Both the position numbers and the translations under genes were made by a program. Below, one piece after another: positions 9,057 through 18,387 of a stretch of DNA of 57,721 nt. The notes under the pieces are model-generated. The model did no database searches. It was not told the DNA's origin and saw nothing but the letters and a program-made list of their open reading frames with translations. This DNA comes from a virus. Taxonomy: Duplodnaviria; Caudoviricetes. Location of the stretch: positions 1-57,721 of the IMG/VR virus record IMGVR_UViG_3300033153_005042, one strand, 5' to 3'. Numbering within the stretch: the stretch's first letter is position 1; each line of letters begins with the position of its first letter.

Positions 9057-9276
9057 ACAACGCCTCACCCAAACGTCCTACGGGAATTAGCCAATCTTGG
9101 TGGTAGTAGTAACCATTGTTCACTAAACCGTAATAACCGTTTAGGTAGTCTTGTACAATCTGAATAGTTTTATCATAAATGTCCATAGACTCGCACCAAC
9201 CATAGCCGTCTGTATTGTGCGAGAATTGTTTAGGTTTTCTGACCAACACTCTCTGTCCCTTCTTAAACTTATTCAT
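9046..9276 (-). CDS. SH3-like mini-protein with tag (KPK..W..M subfamily)
   Basis: Ends PVGRLGEALYGD. Confidence 0.75.
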   Translation of the reverse strand: MNKFKKGQRVLVRKPKQFSHNTDGYGWCESMDIYDKTIQIVQDYLNGYYGLVNNGYYYHQDWLIPVGRLGEALYGD

Positions 9277-9472
9277 ACAAAGCCTTAGCTAATTCTGAAG
9301 TAGCTATTTCATCAAAACTCCACCACAACACTCTTCCGTTTTTGTGTTCCACTTCAACTGCGTTAACAAACTCGGACACTACTATTCCTACTGTTCCTAT
9401 ATACGCATCGTACCGATCTTCGCCAATGTTTTTTATTACTACCGCCTTACCGCCTACTTTAAGCTTACTCAT
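9269..9472 (-). CDS. KOW/SH3-like mini-protein with tag
   Basis: MSKLKVGGKAVV...TSELAKALYE. Confidence 0.75.
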   Translation of the reverse strand: MSKLKVGGKAVVIKNIGEDRYDAYIGTVGIVVSEFVNAVEVEHKNGRVLWWSFDEIATSELAKALYE

Positions 9473-9680
9473 AAATAGCCTTTCCTAGTTCGCTACTCCT
9501 AATATCGAGAGTTTTTAGGAAGGGTTCTTTGTGTTGCTGTCTATAGTGATCTGAATCCATACGAAATTCCAACATGCTCAAGCAGTTTTTTATGTGTGAG
9601 GTTTCCATATCACAAATTCTTATCATAACTCCTGTACGCATCTTCCATACCAAAGGGTCAAATTCTTTGTAAGCTTTCAT
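9465..9680 (-). CDS. Non-SH3 small protein with tag
   Basis: WKMRTG..I.ICDMETSHIKNCLSML core; ends SSELGKAIYE. Confidence 0.7.
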   Translation of the reverse strand: MKAYKEFDPLVWKMRTGVMIRICDMETSHIKNCLSMLEFRMDSDHYRQQHKEPFLKTLDIRSSELGKAIYE

Positions 9681-10243
9681 AAAAACCTGCTGACTGTTTT
9701 TAGGTACTGAAGTCTGTATTTAGGCGTAGCTGAATGGTAACACGTCCAAGCCTCAGCTCCGAACCTGCTACACCGTCTAATCTTATCTTTCAGTATGGTA
9801 TAATGTGCCTCTAGAGCATAGTCTACGTTGCCTGTTAGTAGTATTTCTACGTCCAGTCCGTAATCAATAGCAGTTTGTACGTTTATTTGAGCTATTGTCA
9901 TATCTAGCATTTCTTTTTGAGTAGTGATAGTTTGATAGCACTTGTTTTCTGTGCAATGCTCTACTACAGTAGTTTTAGTAGTTTTTGGTTTGAACGTGTT
10001 GATAGTTTTTAGTTCGCTCTCTGCGTTCAAAATAGCCAAACTTACGAACGGGTCTACACCGTAACGTTTTGCTTTGTGATAAATCATATCAGATAGTGCC
10101 ATCGCCAGCGATTTGTTCATCTTGGGCTGGAGTTTCATAACCTTACAATAAATCTTATGCTGATTGCAATTAACTTTTCCCCATGCGATGTTAGAGTTTA
10201 GTAACACCCCTGCGAAAAATAACACTATTAATAATTTTTTCAT
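9677..10243 (-). CDS. SLT/lytic-transglycosylase-like protein with signal peptide
   Basis: Signal MKKLLIVLFFAG; RYGVDPFVSLAILNAES, IAQIN, CYHS lysozyme-like motifs. Confidence 0.7.
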   Translation of the reverse strand: MKKLLIVLFFAGVLLNSNIAWGKVNCNQHKIYCKVMKLQPKMNKSLAMALSDMIYHKAKRYGVDPFVSLAILNAESELKTINTFKPKTTKTTVVEHCTENKCYQTITTQKEMLDMTIAQINVQTAIDYGLDVEILLTGNVDYALEAHYTILKDKIRRCSRFGAEAWTCYHSATPKYRLQYLKTVSRFL

Positions 10244-10251
10244 ACTATCTC

Positions 10252-10440
10252 CTATTTTATTGAATAGTCTCTCAACACTTTTTTGTTGTTTTTTAATCTA
10301 TCTTCAACCTTCTTTTTTGCTTTGTCTTCGTTAGCTTTTAGTGCCGCTTCAAAATCAAATTCGTCGTCTTTCGTAGTATCTTCTGTAGTATCTTTGTCAG
10401 TCATTAATCTCTCCTTTTGAGAATAGAGTTCCTGTGTCAA
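10252..10440 (-). CDS. Small charged hypothetical protein
   Basis: Acidic-then-basic ORF in the operon. Confidence 0.55.
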   Translation of the reverse strand: MTQELYSQKERLMTDKDTTEDTTKDDEFDFEAALKANEDKAKKKVEDRLKNNKKVLRDYSIK

Positions 10441-10877
10441 AAATCGTCTGGAAACACCATCATCTCCAACCCAACTTCTATACCGTCTAAATCAACAGGT
10501 AAATTTCCTGTCATTTCTTCTTCTGTGAGCTTTCTGTTCAAAGCTTTTTCTAATCTTTTTACTTGCATAGGGTCTGGCATTAATACTCTATTATCAGGTA
10601 ATGAGGAGAAGATTTTGCTAGTGTATCCACAAGAGAAGTTAGACCTATTACCGTCAGGATCAATGTGCGACCATCTTGTGAACAGTTCCGTAAATCTTTC
10701 TGAATCTGAAAACGAAATTAAAAACTTTTGTTTTTCTGTGTTGTTCATTTTTTCATACCTTTTAAAATCTCCTACCCATACAGTTAATCTACTACCTGTG
10801 CAAGACATTATGCCGCTATTGTCCAACAGTTTTGACATGCAGTGAGGACAGGTGTTATCTTTTGTTCTACTTTTCAT
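10437..10877 (-). CDS. Hypothetical protein with Zn-ribbon-like CPHC motif
   Basis: CPHC plus two further Cys. Confidence 0.6.
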   Translation of the reverse strand: MKSRTKDNTCPHCMSKLLDNSGIMSCTGSRLTVWVGDFKRYEKMNNTEKQKFLISFSDSERFTELFTRWSHIDPDGNRSNFSCGYTSKIFSSLPDNRVLMPDPMQVKRLEKALNRKLTEEEMTGNLPVDLDGIEVGLEMMVFPDDF

Positions 10878-11061
10878 CTACTTTCTCGATCTTATACCCT
10901 TTTGATTTCAAAAAGGCGGTTATTGCTTTGAAATATGACTCTACTACCAATGATTTGTCGGTGCGTTTGAGTCCGTCAACTACTTGAGTATCTTGTGACC
11001 ACTCTCTGTGGGCTAGGTCAAACACAGTTTGTACGTCTTCTTTGGTTAAGTTGTAAATCAT
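10867..11061 (-). CDS. Hypothetical protein
   Basis: 64 aa ORF in the operon. Confidence 0.55.
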   Translation of the reverse strand: MIYNLTKEDVQTVFDLAHREWSQDTQVVDGLKRTDKSLVVESYFKAITAFLKSKGYKIEKVDEK

Positions 11062-11079
11062 ATTATAACCCTTTCGACA

Positions 11080-12378
11080 TTAATTGTCCAGTTTTTTCTT
11101 CACTGTTACTGTTGTTCTAGCTCCCCATTCGTATTGAGGCTGCGACCCACTCTCTAAACAAGCCCAAAGAACTGGTACTTTTGGTTTCTTTACTGCATCT
11201 ACGTCCCAATTCTCCATATCAGAAAACATAATAATTCCGTCAACTTCTAATTCCTTAGCCTTATTGAAAGGTGGTGCGAAAGCTGTTCCTCCTCGACCTT
11301 TGGCTTTCTGTAACTTATTGCCCTTTTCCATTCTGTACGTGTTGTGTACTTGAGTGTCGAAGTCAATAATGTATAGTACTACGTCTTGTTTAGTGATATT
11401 GTAAAGCTCTGCGCCAAATTGTCCTAGCTCTTCGTCACTGACGCTGCCAGAAGCGTCTACCATACACGCTAAGGTAAGTCTTTGATATGTAGTATTCCCA
11501 GAGTACATCGTCCCGTAGCGACGATTTCTGCGCTTTCTAGAGGGTTCTACCACAATCTCAGCAGTCCTAGCTACAAATCTACGTAAATCTGATTTCCAGT
11601 CTCTAGGCTTGTAGTGTAATGCTTCTATTGCTGCCAACACGTCGCCAGATATATTACCAGCTTCTCTACCTCCTACAGCCTCTACTGCTTTCCCTACCAC
11701 TTGTTTGATTTTTTCAGTGATATACTCTGGATCGTTACTTCCTTTTTGCCATATCGAATGATCGTCTATTGTCTGTCCACCAGATTTTTTATCTTCTGGT
11801 TGTTCTTTCTCCAACTTCTTGATGATATCATAGTAATACTCAGTGCTTTTTAAGTTTTCTACTTTGATGCCATACTGTTTAGCTTCTTTTTTCAAATCTT
11901 TTACAAGGCAAGGTCTTGATATAACAACTTTACCATCATCACCTTTGACTGCGTTTCCGTCTTTATCAAAAATCTTAAACTTTTGCGGTAAGTTAGGTAA
12001 ATATTCATTGATAGCGTGATCTCCTGCCACGTTCAATCTACCAGCGTTCTTATTGGCTTCTATTTTATCCTCAAAAGTCATATCCTCCCATTTTGTTTTG
12101 TAGGTGGAAGGTTCTAACTCTGCGAACCTTGCAAAATGGTTATATATAACGTGTCCGCACTCATGTTTTAGGATGTCTACTTGTGCAGCTAACGTTAGGT
12201 CTTTCCAAAAATGAGGGTTAACCACTAAGTTGACTGTTTCATTGACATACACACCGATAGTTGGGATATTGTAGTCATATTGCCTAGTCATATTAAGTAG
12301 TAAGCTGGCGAAAAATGGTTCTGTGTGAACTAGTTCCATCATTGAACGTTCTAGTATGTTTTCTGAATATTCCATCAA
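11080..12378 (-). CDS. DUF2201-type metallopeptidase-like/VWA protein
   Basis: LKHECGH, DHAINE, DDHSIW, MIDAS DASGS, GRGGTAF, FSD. Confidence 0.85.
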   Translation of the reverse strand: MMEYSENILERSMMELVHTEPFFASLLLNMTRQYDYNIPTIGVYVNETVNLVVNPHFWKDLTLAAQVDILKHECGHVIYNHFARFAELEPSTYKTKWEDMTFEDKIEANKNAGRLNVAGDHAINEYLPNLPQKFKIFDKDGNAVKGDDGKVVISRPCLVKDLKKEAKQYGIKVENLKSTEYYYDIIKKLEKEQPEDKKSGGQTIDDHSIWQKGSNDPEYITEKIKQVVGKAVEAVGGREAGNISGDVLAAIEALHYKPRDWKSDLRRFVARTAEIVVEPSRKRRNRRYGTMYSGNTTYQRLTLACMVDASGSVSDEELGQFGAELYNITKQDVVLYIIDFDTQVHNTYRMEKGNKLQKAKGRGGTAFAPPFNKAKELEVDGIIMFSDMENWDVDAVKKPKVPVLWACLESGSQPQYEWGARTTVTVKKKLDN

Positions 12379-12433
12379 TAACCCTTTCGTTGTTTGTTGT
12401 TGATACGGGAGGCAAACCTCCCGTCAATACTTA

Positions 12434-12449
12434 TGCAAGTATTATACCT
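12434..12449 (-). promoter_or_regulatory. sigma54-type -24/-12 element
   Basis: AGGTATAATACTTGCA upstream of the VWA gene. Confidence 0.55.
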
Positions 12450-13533
12450 TTCCTCTAGCCTTAAGAATAATATCTTTTAGTTGAGAATCAGCGTCTAACG
12501 ACTTTCTAAACACGTCGTTGTAGTAAAGCTCTTTGATATTAGCGAACATCATTTCCACGGGTATTGCTTTTAAGAATTTGGTTAAGTTGTTGCCTTCTGC
12601 TTTAGTCAGAGCCTTGGTTCGTTTTTTTGCGTGTCGTAGTAAGTTGTCGCACGTAGCCTTTAAAATGTCGCCTCGGTTATCCTTAGGGTCTGAATATTGT
12701 TTGATTTTTTTCTCAATCTTACTGAACTCTTTTAAAATTTGAGTAGCTTTAAAAGGTCTGTCTGCTGATTTTCTAGCCTCCATGAAGGCGATGGCGGCAG
12801 TGCTTCCAACAATACCTATAGAAAGCTCTTGTAATATGTTTATAGGAGTCTTAACTTTAATTAGTCTGTCGACAAATTCATAAGATCTAGCCGAAGGTTT
12901 GATCTCCAAAGAGAAATCATCTCCTTTACTGGATAGCATCTCTGGTTGATCTCTAATAAAATCTACGATATCAGAATCAAATCCAGTGCTTGTTGCGTGG
13001 TCTAAAAACTCTGATACAGTGGGAGCTAACTTAATGTGACAGAACCTGTCCAAGAAGGCTGCGTCACCGATATCAGTTACGATATATTCTTCAGTATTAG
13101 GATTACAAGCTCCTACAACTACCCAACCTTTAGGTAATTCGTACTCATGAATCCTTTTGTCTAATACTAGTTGGAAAGCTGCTTGCAAAACGTCACGTCT
13201 AGCTCTGTTGATCTCATCTAAGAACAAAATACCACAACTATCAGGATCAGTCGGCAACCAACTAGGTCGCATGAACTTGGTGGCGACGTTGTTACCCTTC
13301 TCATCCTTTTCGAAGTCAGCTAAACCTAATAAATCACCTACTTCCATGTTACCTAACCTAAGGTCAATAAAACCGAAAGATTGTTTACCTGTTTTGGGGT
13401 GATCGTACGTCATTTCTTGTGATACTTGTTTAACTGATTGCGACTTACCTACTCCATGCCTACCCCAAATAAGAGTTGGGATATTAGCTTCGAATAAAAA
13501 TGGTAGTGCGTTCTTCATTGATTTGATTTGCAT
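12442..13533 (-). CDS. MoxR-type AAA+ ATPase
   Basis: Walker A GRHGVGKS, Walker B ILFLDE(INRA), GACNP, AFLDRF; next to the VWA gene. Confidence 0.9.
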   Translation of the reverse strand: MQIKSMKNALPFLFEANIPTLIWGRHGVGKSQSVKQVSQEMTYDHPKTGKQSFGFIDLRLGNMEVGDLLGLADFEKDEKGNNVATKFMRPSWLPTDPDSCGILFLDEINRARRDVLQAAFQLVLDKRIHEYELPKGWVVVGACNPNTEEYIVTDIGDAAFLDRFCHIKLAPTVSEFLDHATSTGFDSDIVDFIRDQPEMLSSKGDDFSLEIKPSARSYEFVDRLIKVKTPINILQELSIGIVGSTAAIAFMEARKSADRPFKATQILKEFSKIEKKIKQYSDPKDNRGDILKATCDNLLRHAKKRTKALTKAEGNNLTKFLKAIPVEMMFANIKELYYNDVFRKSLDADSQLKDIILKARGKV

Positions 13534-13583
13534 GAGTAACCTTTCAAGTTAGTTATGAGCTTATTGCTCTTGTATATATTATA

Positions 13584-13599
13584 TGCAGTTATTATGCCA
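13584..13599 (-). promoter_or_regulatory. sigma54-type -24/-12 element
   Basis: TGGCATAATAACTGCA about 50 bp before the AAA+ start. Confidence 0.7.
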
Positions 13600-13603
13600 G
13601 TTA

Positions 13604-14464
13604 TTACTTCTTAATGATATTGTCCCACCTTTTTAAGTCTGTTGCTGGAACAATTCCGCAACCCTCAAATAATTGAGCTAACTGTCTTATAGAACTTTTA
13701 CGGGTACGGTACAAACCGTTCAATAAGCTGTCTAATACTACTACGTCTGATATACCGAAGTCTGTGTAAGGCGTTCGTACCAATTCTTGGTATAACTTAC
13801 ACATAGTGGAGTTCTTTGCTACTACTACTCCGTACAAATACTCGCACACAAACGCTCGTTTTTCTGCGGTACTTAACCATACTATATGTGACTTCAAAGA
13901 ACCTGAACGGAACGTTCTGTAGCGTACGTCGTACGTATCTCTAATATTGTTATTACTTACTAAAGTACTATCTAACTTTTCTCTGAAATACTTGTCGGGC
14001 GACTTTCCTCCCTTACGATAATTTATCGAACTTTCTCTCAGCGTGTTTTTAGATGTCCTTAATAATTTTATTGTAAGAAGTATCGGTTTCGGGGTCGAAT
14101 GTTTATAAATATCTAACAACTTTACCAAGTCCATATCAGCTTTTGAAAAGATTTTGGTTTGTTTGCCTTCGTCGTCCGTAACCTGCAACTCAAAAGTTTC
14201 AGGCAGTCCTTCATAAGTGTAAGGAGCGTTAACATGAAAATGAGGGACTATTGTAGTGAAAAGTCCTAATAACTTAGTATTACCGTGAAGCAATTCCACT
14301 TCAATATCAGCTAGGTCTTTTGTGATTATTTTAGCGCAGTATAAAACTCCGTAATAAGAGTTCTCAGGCACTAAGCTAATTTTTGCTGTAATTTCTTCAG
14401 GAGCGTTTCTTATGTTGTCGCTGTCGCTGTCGTAGTATAACCCTAAAATTTCTCGTAAGTCCAT
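13604..14464 (-). CDS. Hypothetical protein
   Basis: 286 aa ORF with GGAG RBS. Confidence 0.7.
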   Translation of the reverse strand: MDLREILGLYYDSDSDNIRNAPEEITAKISLVPENSYYGVLYCAKIITKDLADIEVELLHGNTKLLGLFTTIVPHFHVNAPYTYEGLPETFELQVTDDEGKQTKIFSKADMDLVKLLDIYKHSTPKPILLTIKLLRTSKNTLRESSINYRKGGKSPDKYFREKLDSTLVSNNNIRDTYDVRYRTFRSGSLKSHIVWLSTAEKRAFVCEYLYGVVVAKNSTMCKLYQELVRTPYTDFGISDVVVLDSLLNGLYRTRKSSIRQLAQLFEGCGIVPATDLKRWDNIIKK

Positions 14465-14483
14465 AATAATCTCCTATCTTATA

Positions 14484-14741
14484 TTATGCAAGGTCTATGC
14501 CATCGAAAGTATCAACTGAAGTCATATTTACTGAAGGTTCTACTACGTATTCATTCATAGTTATACTAACTGAGATTACTTTAATTATCTGTACTGTAGC
14601 TGGCATGTTAGTTATACCTAATATGACCGATAAATCCCTTACGTAAGTTCTAGCTCCGCTCAAAGAAACGAACGCCTCCAAAAACACTCCGTCTCCTTTG
14701 ACTACGTACTCAACTGTTTTGTTTTTATTTTCCGTTGTCAC
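14484..14741 (-). CDS. Hypothetical protein
   Basis: 85 aa ORF. Confidence 0.6.
   Translation of the reverse strand: MTTENKNKTVEYVVKGDGVFLEAFVSLSGARTYVRDLSVILGITNMPATVQIIKVISVSITMNEYVVEPSVNMTSVDTFDGIDLA
14487..14502 (-). promoter_or_regulatory. sigma54-type -24/-12 element
   Basis: TGGCATAGACCTTGCA, within the last codons of the upstream ORF. Confidence 0.7.
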
Positions 14742-14791
14742 CTTCTCACCTTTATCATCACGCTCAGTTTTGAGTGCTTATTAAGTATTAA

Positions 14792-14807
14792 TGCAAGTCT
14801 CATACCA
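14792..14807 (-). promoter_or_regulatory. sigma54-type -24/-12 element
   Basis: TGGTATGAGACTTGCA. Confidence 0.65.
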
Positions 14808-15072
14808 ACTCACCGTAAATAGCCTTTCCTAGTTCTGAGTCATATATAGCTAAGAAGTCTGAACTACACACAACCTTAGTACACTCTAACCGAATTGAGT
14901 AATCACTCCCGTAATATAACATCCCTGCTTTCGATACGCACAAATGATTGTAAGTGAGGCCTAAGAATCTATTTTTAGTGTTTTGTTTTAGGTTAGGACA
15001 CAGTATGTCTATAATCTTTTCTTTGTCCTCTTCTTTAATGTCAAAAACCATCAGTTCATAGTGATTAGTCAT
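14800..15072 (-). CDS. Small protein with tag (YE-hhh-D/N family, non-SH3)
   Basis: YELMVFDI...DSELGKAIYGELV. Confidence 0.7.
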   Translation of the reverse strand: MTNHYELMVFDIKEEDKEKIIDILCPNLKQNTKNRFLGLTYNHLCVSKAGMLYYGSDYSIRLECTKVVCSSDFLAIYDSELGKAIYGELV

Positions 15073-15364
15073 AAATAACCTTTGGCAATTCTTGTTGTAC
15101 TATTTTTGTACACTCCGTAGTAATCCTATTCTCGTAATAATTAGAGTAAGTTGACTTACCTTTTAATGATACGTACTCAATGGTATATAACCAATCGTAT
15201 ACTGATCTTACAGGTGCTTTTACTTTACTTCTACTACTCTTTTGTAACATTGTTTTAAACTCTTTGTCAACTATTTTAAACAGTTTGTTTTTTTCGTCTT
15301 GTACAAAATAGTCTCCAACTTTGTATAACGCTTTAGTTTGTTCTTTCTGGGTGTTATTATTCAT
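15065..15364 (-). CDS. SH3-like protein with divergent tag
   Basis: KALYKVGDY...QELPKVIYD. Confidence 0.65.
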   Translation of the reverse strand: MNNNTQKEQTKALYKVGDYFVQDEKNKLFKIVDKEFKTMLQKSSRSKVKAPVRSVYDWLYTIEYVSLKGKSTYSNYYENRITTECTKIVQQELPKVIYD

Positions 15365-15385
15365 AGTATTTCCTCTACCTTAAGT

Positions 15386-15583
15386 TTAATGTACTGTAGC
15401 TGGCTCATAGCTATCAAAATCGAAAATATCTGACATTTTTACTTCAATCTGACACTCTACTTCTTCTAACTCAGTTCTATAGTTTTCAATGTCAGAGCCT
15501 TCGGCCTCTATTAACAGATAGTTAATATCTTCAGCTCTCTGTTGTAGTGAAGCTAGCTCAATTTGTAATTCCTCTAAAATCAT
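15386..15583 (-). CDS. Acidic coiled-coil mini-protein
   Basis: Start refined to MILEEL after GGAG. Confidence 0.6.
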   Translation of the reverse strand: MILEELQIELASLQQRAEDINYLLIEAEGSDIENYRTELEEVECQIEVKMSDIFDFDSYEPATVH

Positions 15584-15630
15584 AATATCTCCAAAAAGTA
15601 AGGTAGCTTTATTACTACTGTTATTATATA

Positions 15631-15646
15631 TGCAACGTTCGTGCCA
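15631..15646 (-). promoter_or_regulatory. sigma54-type -24/-12 element
   Basis: TGGCACGAACGTTGCA, full match to TGGCACG-N4-TTGCA. Confidence 0.8.
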
Positions 15647-15647
15647 A

Positions 15648-15914
15648 CTACTCTCCATAAATAACATCAGTTAACTCTGAGGCATGGATCAACCAATTAC
15701 AGCTGAACCAAAAGTCAAAATTGCGTGGGTGTTTGGTGTTAGCTGTTCTACAAAAACGTACGGAGTTGCGCTTGACCAGCTCGGTGTGTCCAATTGTTTG
15801 TATAGTGTTGTGGTACCCATCCATATCTTTATTCCACACAGGCTCCAACCAAGAGTTATGAATTGGTTTGCGTACTAGTACTCTATCTCCAACTTTGTAT
15901 AACGCTTTAGGCAT
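15648..15914 (-). CDS. SH3-like mini-protein with tag (KPK..W..M subfamily)
   Basis: KVGDRVLVRKP...ASELTDVIYGE. Confidence 0.72.
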   Translation of the reverse strand: MPKALYKVGDRVLVRKPIHNSWLEPVWNKDMDGYHNTIQTIGHTELVKRNSVRFCRTANTKHPRNFDFWFSCNWLIHASELTDVIYGE

Positions 15915-16119
15915 CCTCGCTCCCATCAGTGCTTGTGTCAGACTTAGCTTTTAGCTCGCCTAACAAGGCTCTAATTCTCTCTAAGCTTTCTTGTACTCTC
16001 CGCTGTCTGGTAGGAAAGTCGTCACCTCTATCTATCTTTACTGGATCTCGTTTCCTTACTAGTAGTTCCTTCTCTGTGACTTTTCGTTTGTATTCTTCCA
16101 AGCTCACTACGTTTGACAT
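15907..16119 (-). CDS. Hypothetical protein
   Basis: Starts MSNVVSLEEYK. Confidence 0.6.
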   Translation of the reverse strand: MSNVVSLEEYKRKVTEKELLVRKRDPVKIDRGDDFPTRQRRVQESLERIRALLGELKAKSDTSTDGSEDA

Positions 16120-16208
16120 AATAGGTATCCTCAAATAATTTCGTTAATTTACTGTCCAATGATTTAAAATTCTCTTTAAACCACTTCCTAAATTCATCTT
16201 GATTCATA

Positions 16209-16418
16209 TCAGTCCTCATAAATAGCCTCTCCTAGCTCTCCTAGCGGTTGTATATCGGACATGTGATAATACCAATCACCACTAATAGTTGCCACTAAAA
16301 CGTCAGACTTACCTATAAATTCGATAGTTCCGATCGTTCCGATTAAATACGTATTATCAAGCCCATAATTATAACCACTCACAATTATAACTCGTTGACC
16401 TTTTTTATATTTTTTCAT
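16209..16418 (-). CDS. KOW/SH3-like mini-protein with tag
   Basis: KKGQRVIIVSG...PLGELGEAIYED. Confidence 0.75.
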   Translation of the reverse strand: MKKYKKGQRVIIVSGYNYGLDNTYLIGTIGTIEFIGKSDVLVATISGDWYYHMSDIQPLGELGEAIYED

Positions 16419-16561
16419 CCTAATAACTTTTTAGACACTTTGTCTATTTTATCATTTACGTTTCTTATTAAGGAGTCAATAGTTGTTTTTTGTTTGATTA
16501 AGGATTCTTTCTCCTTCTTTAGTTCTTGCAATTCTTGTACCAGTTTTAGTGTATTACTCAT
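16415..16561 (-). CDS. 48-aa coiled-coil mini-protein
   Basis: Manual translation MSNTLKLVQELQELKKEK...; fills the gap and is coupled at both ends. Confidence 0.55.
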   Translation of the reverse strand: MSNTLKLVQELQELKKEKESLIKQKTTIDSLIRNVNDKIDKVSKKLLG

Positions 16562-16766
16562 AGATAGCCTTTCCTAGTTCTGACAACGGAGCCATTTCAA
16601 ACTCTTTCCATACTAAAATATCACCATTAAACATCCGAACCTGCCAATCTGGATAGAAATTATCGATTATAATTCCGCCAGTACCTACATAAAAGTCATA
16701 GTATTTTGAACATCCGTTCAGTATTATTAATACTTCGTCACCTTTTAAAAACATTGATTCCCTCAT
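16554..16766 (-). CDS. KOW/SH3-like mini-protein with tag
   Basis: KGDEVLII...PLSELGKAIYE. Confidence 0.75.
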   Translation of the reverse strand: MRESMFLKGDEVLIILNGCSKYYDFYVGTGGIIIDNFYPDWQVRMFNGDILVWKEFEMAPLSELGKAIYE

Positions 16767-16869
16767 AACGTATTACTTGACTTAAGTAGTCAAATAGTGT
16801 ACCCTAACATTAAGTTTATAATCTGAACAACTAAGTTCTTACCTTATAGGAAGATTATAAACTTAGGGA

Positions 16870-17181
16870 TTAAATACTAAGTACGTCTAAAAACACGGCA
16901 GCCTCTAAAGAAGACAGTTTTCTGTGAGTAGTGTCAATAATACAACACTCTTCACTCTTCCTTTTACCTAGCTTCTCAGACCATAATTGGTAGCTTGTTC
17001 CACCGCCACCTAACAGAACTAAAACTCTTTTAATTTCTAGTATGTTAGGATTTTTGACGTTGTTTAATCCTTTAGAGGAACACCTAACAATAAAATCACC
17101 TACCTCAAATGAGGGCGTATACTCGCCGCCCAACCTAATCTCGGCAATTACTTCTTTGGTTGTTTTTGGAGCTTTGATCAT
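16870..17181 (-). CDS. SH3-like protein, DSLEY-type tail variant
   Basis: FEVGDFIVR...LSSLEAAVF. Confidence 0.6.
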   Translation of the reverse strand: MIKAPKTTKEVIAEIRLGGEYTPSFEVGDFIVRCSSKGLNNVKNPNILEIKRVLVLLGGGGTSYQLWSEKLGKRKSEECCIIDTTHRKLSSLEAAVFLDVLSI

Positions 17182-17183
17182 TA

Positions 17184-17342
17184 TTACCCTTTCTTCAGTT
17201 TAGAGTTCTTTGTAGAACTTGGTAATACTAATGCAATACCTATACCAACTCTTTTGACTGCCCTACAGTTAATACAAACGTTGTTTAGGTATACTGATGG
17301 ATGTTTGTTGTTACAGTTATTACAAACTTCGTAAATATTCAT
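17184..17342 (-). CDS. 52-aa CxxC-x12-CxxC zinc-finger-like protein
   Basis: Manual translation MNIYEVCNNC...CINC; GGAG RBS. Confidence 0.55.
   Translation of the reverse strand: MNIYEVCNNCNNKHPSVYLNNVCINCRAVKRVGIGIALVLPSSTKNSKLKKG
17232..17247 (-). promoter_or_regulatory. sigma54-type -24/-12 element
   Basis: TGGTATAGGTATTGCA about 50 bp before 17181. Confidence 0.6.
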
Positions 17343-17350
17343 AATATCTC

Positions 17351-17632
17351 CTATAAATATATAGCATTAGCCATATCTGTTATATATTCGTCGCAAAATT
17401 GCTCAAAAGTTACTGTTGCTGGGTCGTCCTGAAGAGCCTCTGGGCTAGCGCCTGATGAGAACGTTACATCAAAATCTGACCACCCCTCACCTTTTTTATA
17501 GGCGAATAACGTCGCAGCTTCTTCATACTTAACACTAGGAGCTACTCGAAAGCCCATCAACTTCAATATAGGAAGTACTACTAAGTGTCCATCCATCGGC
17601 AGATTAGTTATAATGAATTCGTACTTACTCAC
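17351..17632 (-). CDS. Small protein with tag (YE-hhh-D/N family)
   Basis: YEFIITNLP...ITDMANAIYL. Confidence 0.68.
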   Translation of the reverse strand: MSKYEFIITNLPMDGHLVVLPILKLMGFRVAPSVKYEEAATLFAYKKGEGWSDFDVTFSSGASPEALQDDPATVTFEQFCDEYITDMANAIYL

Positions 17633-17976
17633 AAACCCTCCCCAACTTCACAGTCTATCTCTACTTTTGTACGAGCTAACCTATTCTCCAAGGCATTCCG
17701 ATCAGCCTCAGACTCATCTGCATGAGTGCTGTAGGAACCTCCAACATACATATTTACATATAGTGTCTTTTTAATCCTTGGGAGCACTTCTACTAAGTCG
17801 TCGGAGTCTACACCTTCTGGATTATCAGTATAACAAGAACCATTAGAACGCCACCTCTCTACATCCGCACCTATAGCACCATGTACTGTATATACATCAT
17901 GCTTTACGTCTACAGCGTAGATTGTTACGTCAGCTCCAGCTCTTGTCTTATACTTTTTATCCATTGAAATTTTCAT
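17629..17976 (-). CDS. Hypothetical protein (KYxTRxG family), paralog of 27044-27250
   Basis: KKYKTRAGADVTI vs TKYTTRDGTEVLI. Confidence 0.65.
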   Translation of the reverse strand: MKISMDKKYKTRAGADVTIYAVDVKHDVYTVHGAIGADVERWRSNGSCYTDNPEGVDSDDLVEVLPRIKKTLYVNMYVGGSYSTHADESEADRNALENRLARTKVEIDCEVGEGL

Positions 17977-18188
17977 AGTCCTGTTTCTCCTATATTTAAG
18001 AAGTTACTAACTGCCTCTAGTTGTTGGTCAACAGCGATATTTAGAGCTACCACATCCGCTGGAGTAAGTAGTTTAGTGTCTAGACAGCGTATCTCAATGA
18101 AATTAAATGCTCCACTAATACCCTTATCAAACACAAGCTCCTTAGCTGCTTGTGTGGCTGTCATGGCTCTACCGTTGTACTTAATCAT
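17973..18188 (-). CDS. Hypothetical protein
   Basis: Coupled ORF. Confidence 0.55.
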   Translation of the reverse strand: MIKYNGRAMTATQAAKELVFDKGISGAFNFIEIRCLDTKLLTPADVVALNIAVDQQLEAVSNFLNIGETGL

Positions 18189-18387
18189 GCCCTACCTCAC
18201 TTAAGATTGTTTCCAAGCTATAGCCGCATAATTCTATAAAGATATTATCTAGCTTAACCTTGTCTAAGGAATTTTCATACATATATTTAATGTTACAATC
18301 TGCCTTTGATGAATAACTATCGTCACTAGCTATGTAATCCATCACTATTGTTCTAATACTACTCATGTCAGTGATCTCCCAAATCAA
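18181..18387 (-). CDS. Hypothetical protein
   Basis: Coupled ORF. Confidence 0.55.
   Translation of the reverse strand: MIWEITDMSSIRTIVMDYIASDDSYSSKADCNIKYMYENSLDKVKLDNIFIELCGYSLETILSEVGHD

Noticed and set aside
12442-13533. AAA+ ATPase as a canonical sigma54 activator
   Set aside because: No GAFTGA loop and no C-terminal HTH; motifs and VWA neighbour indicate MoxR type.
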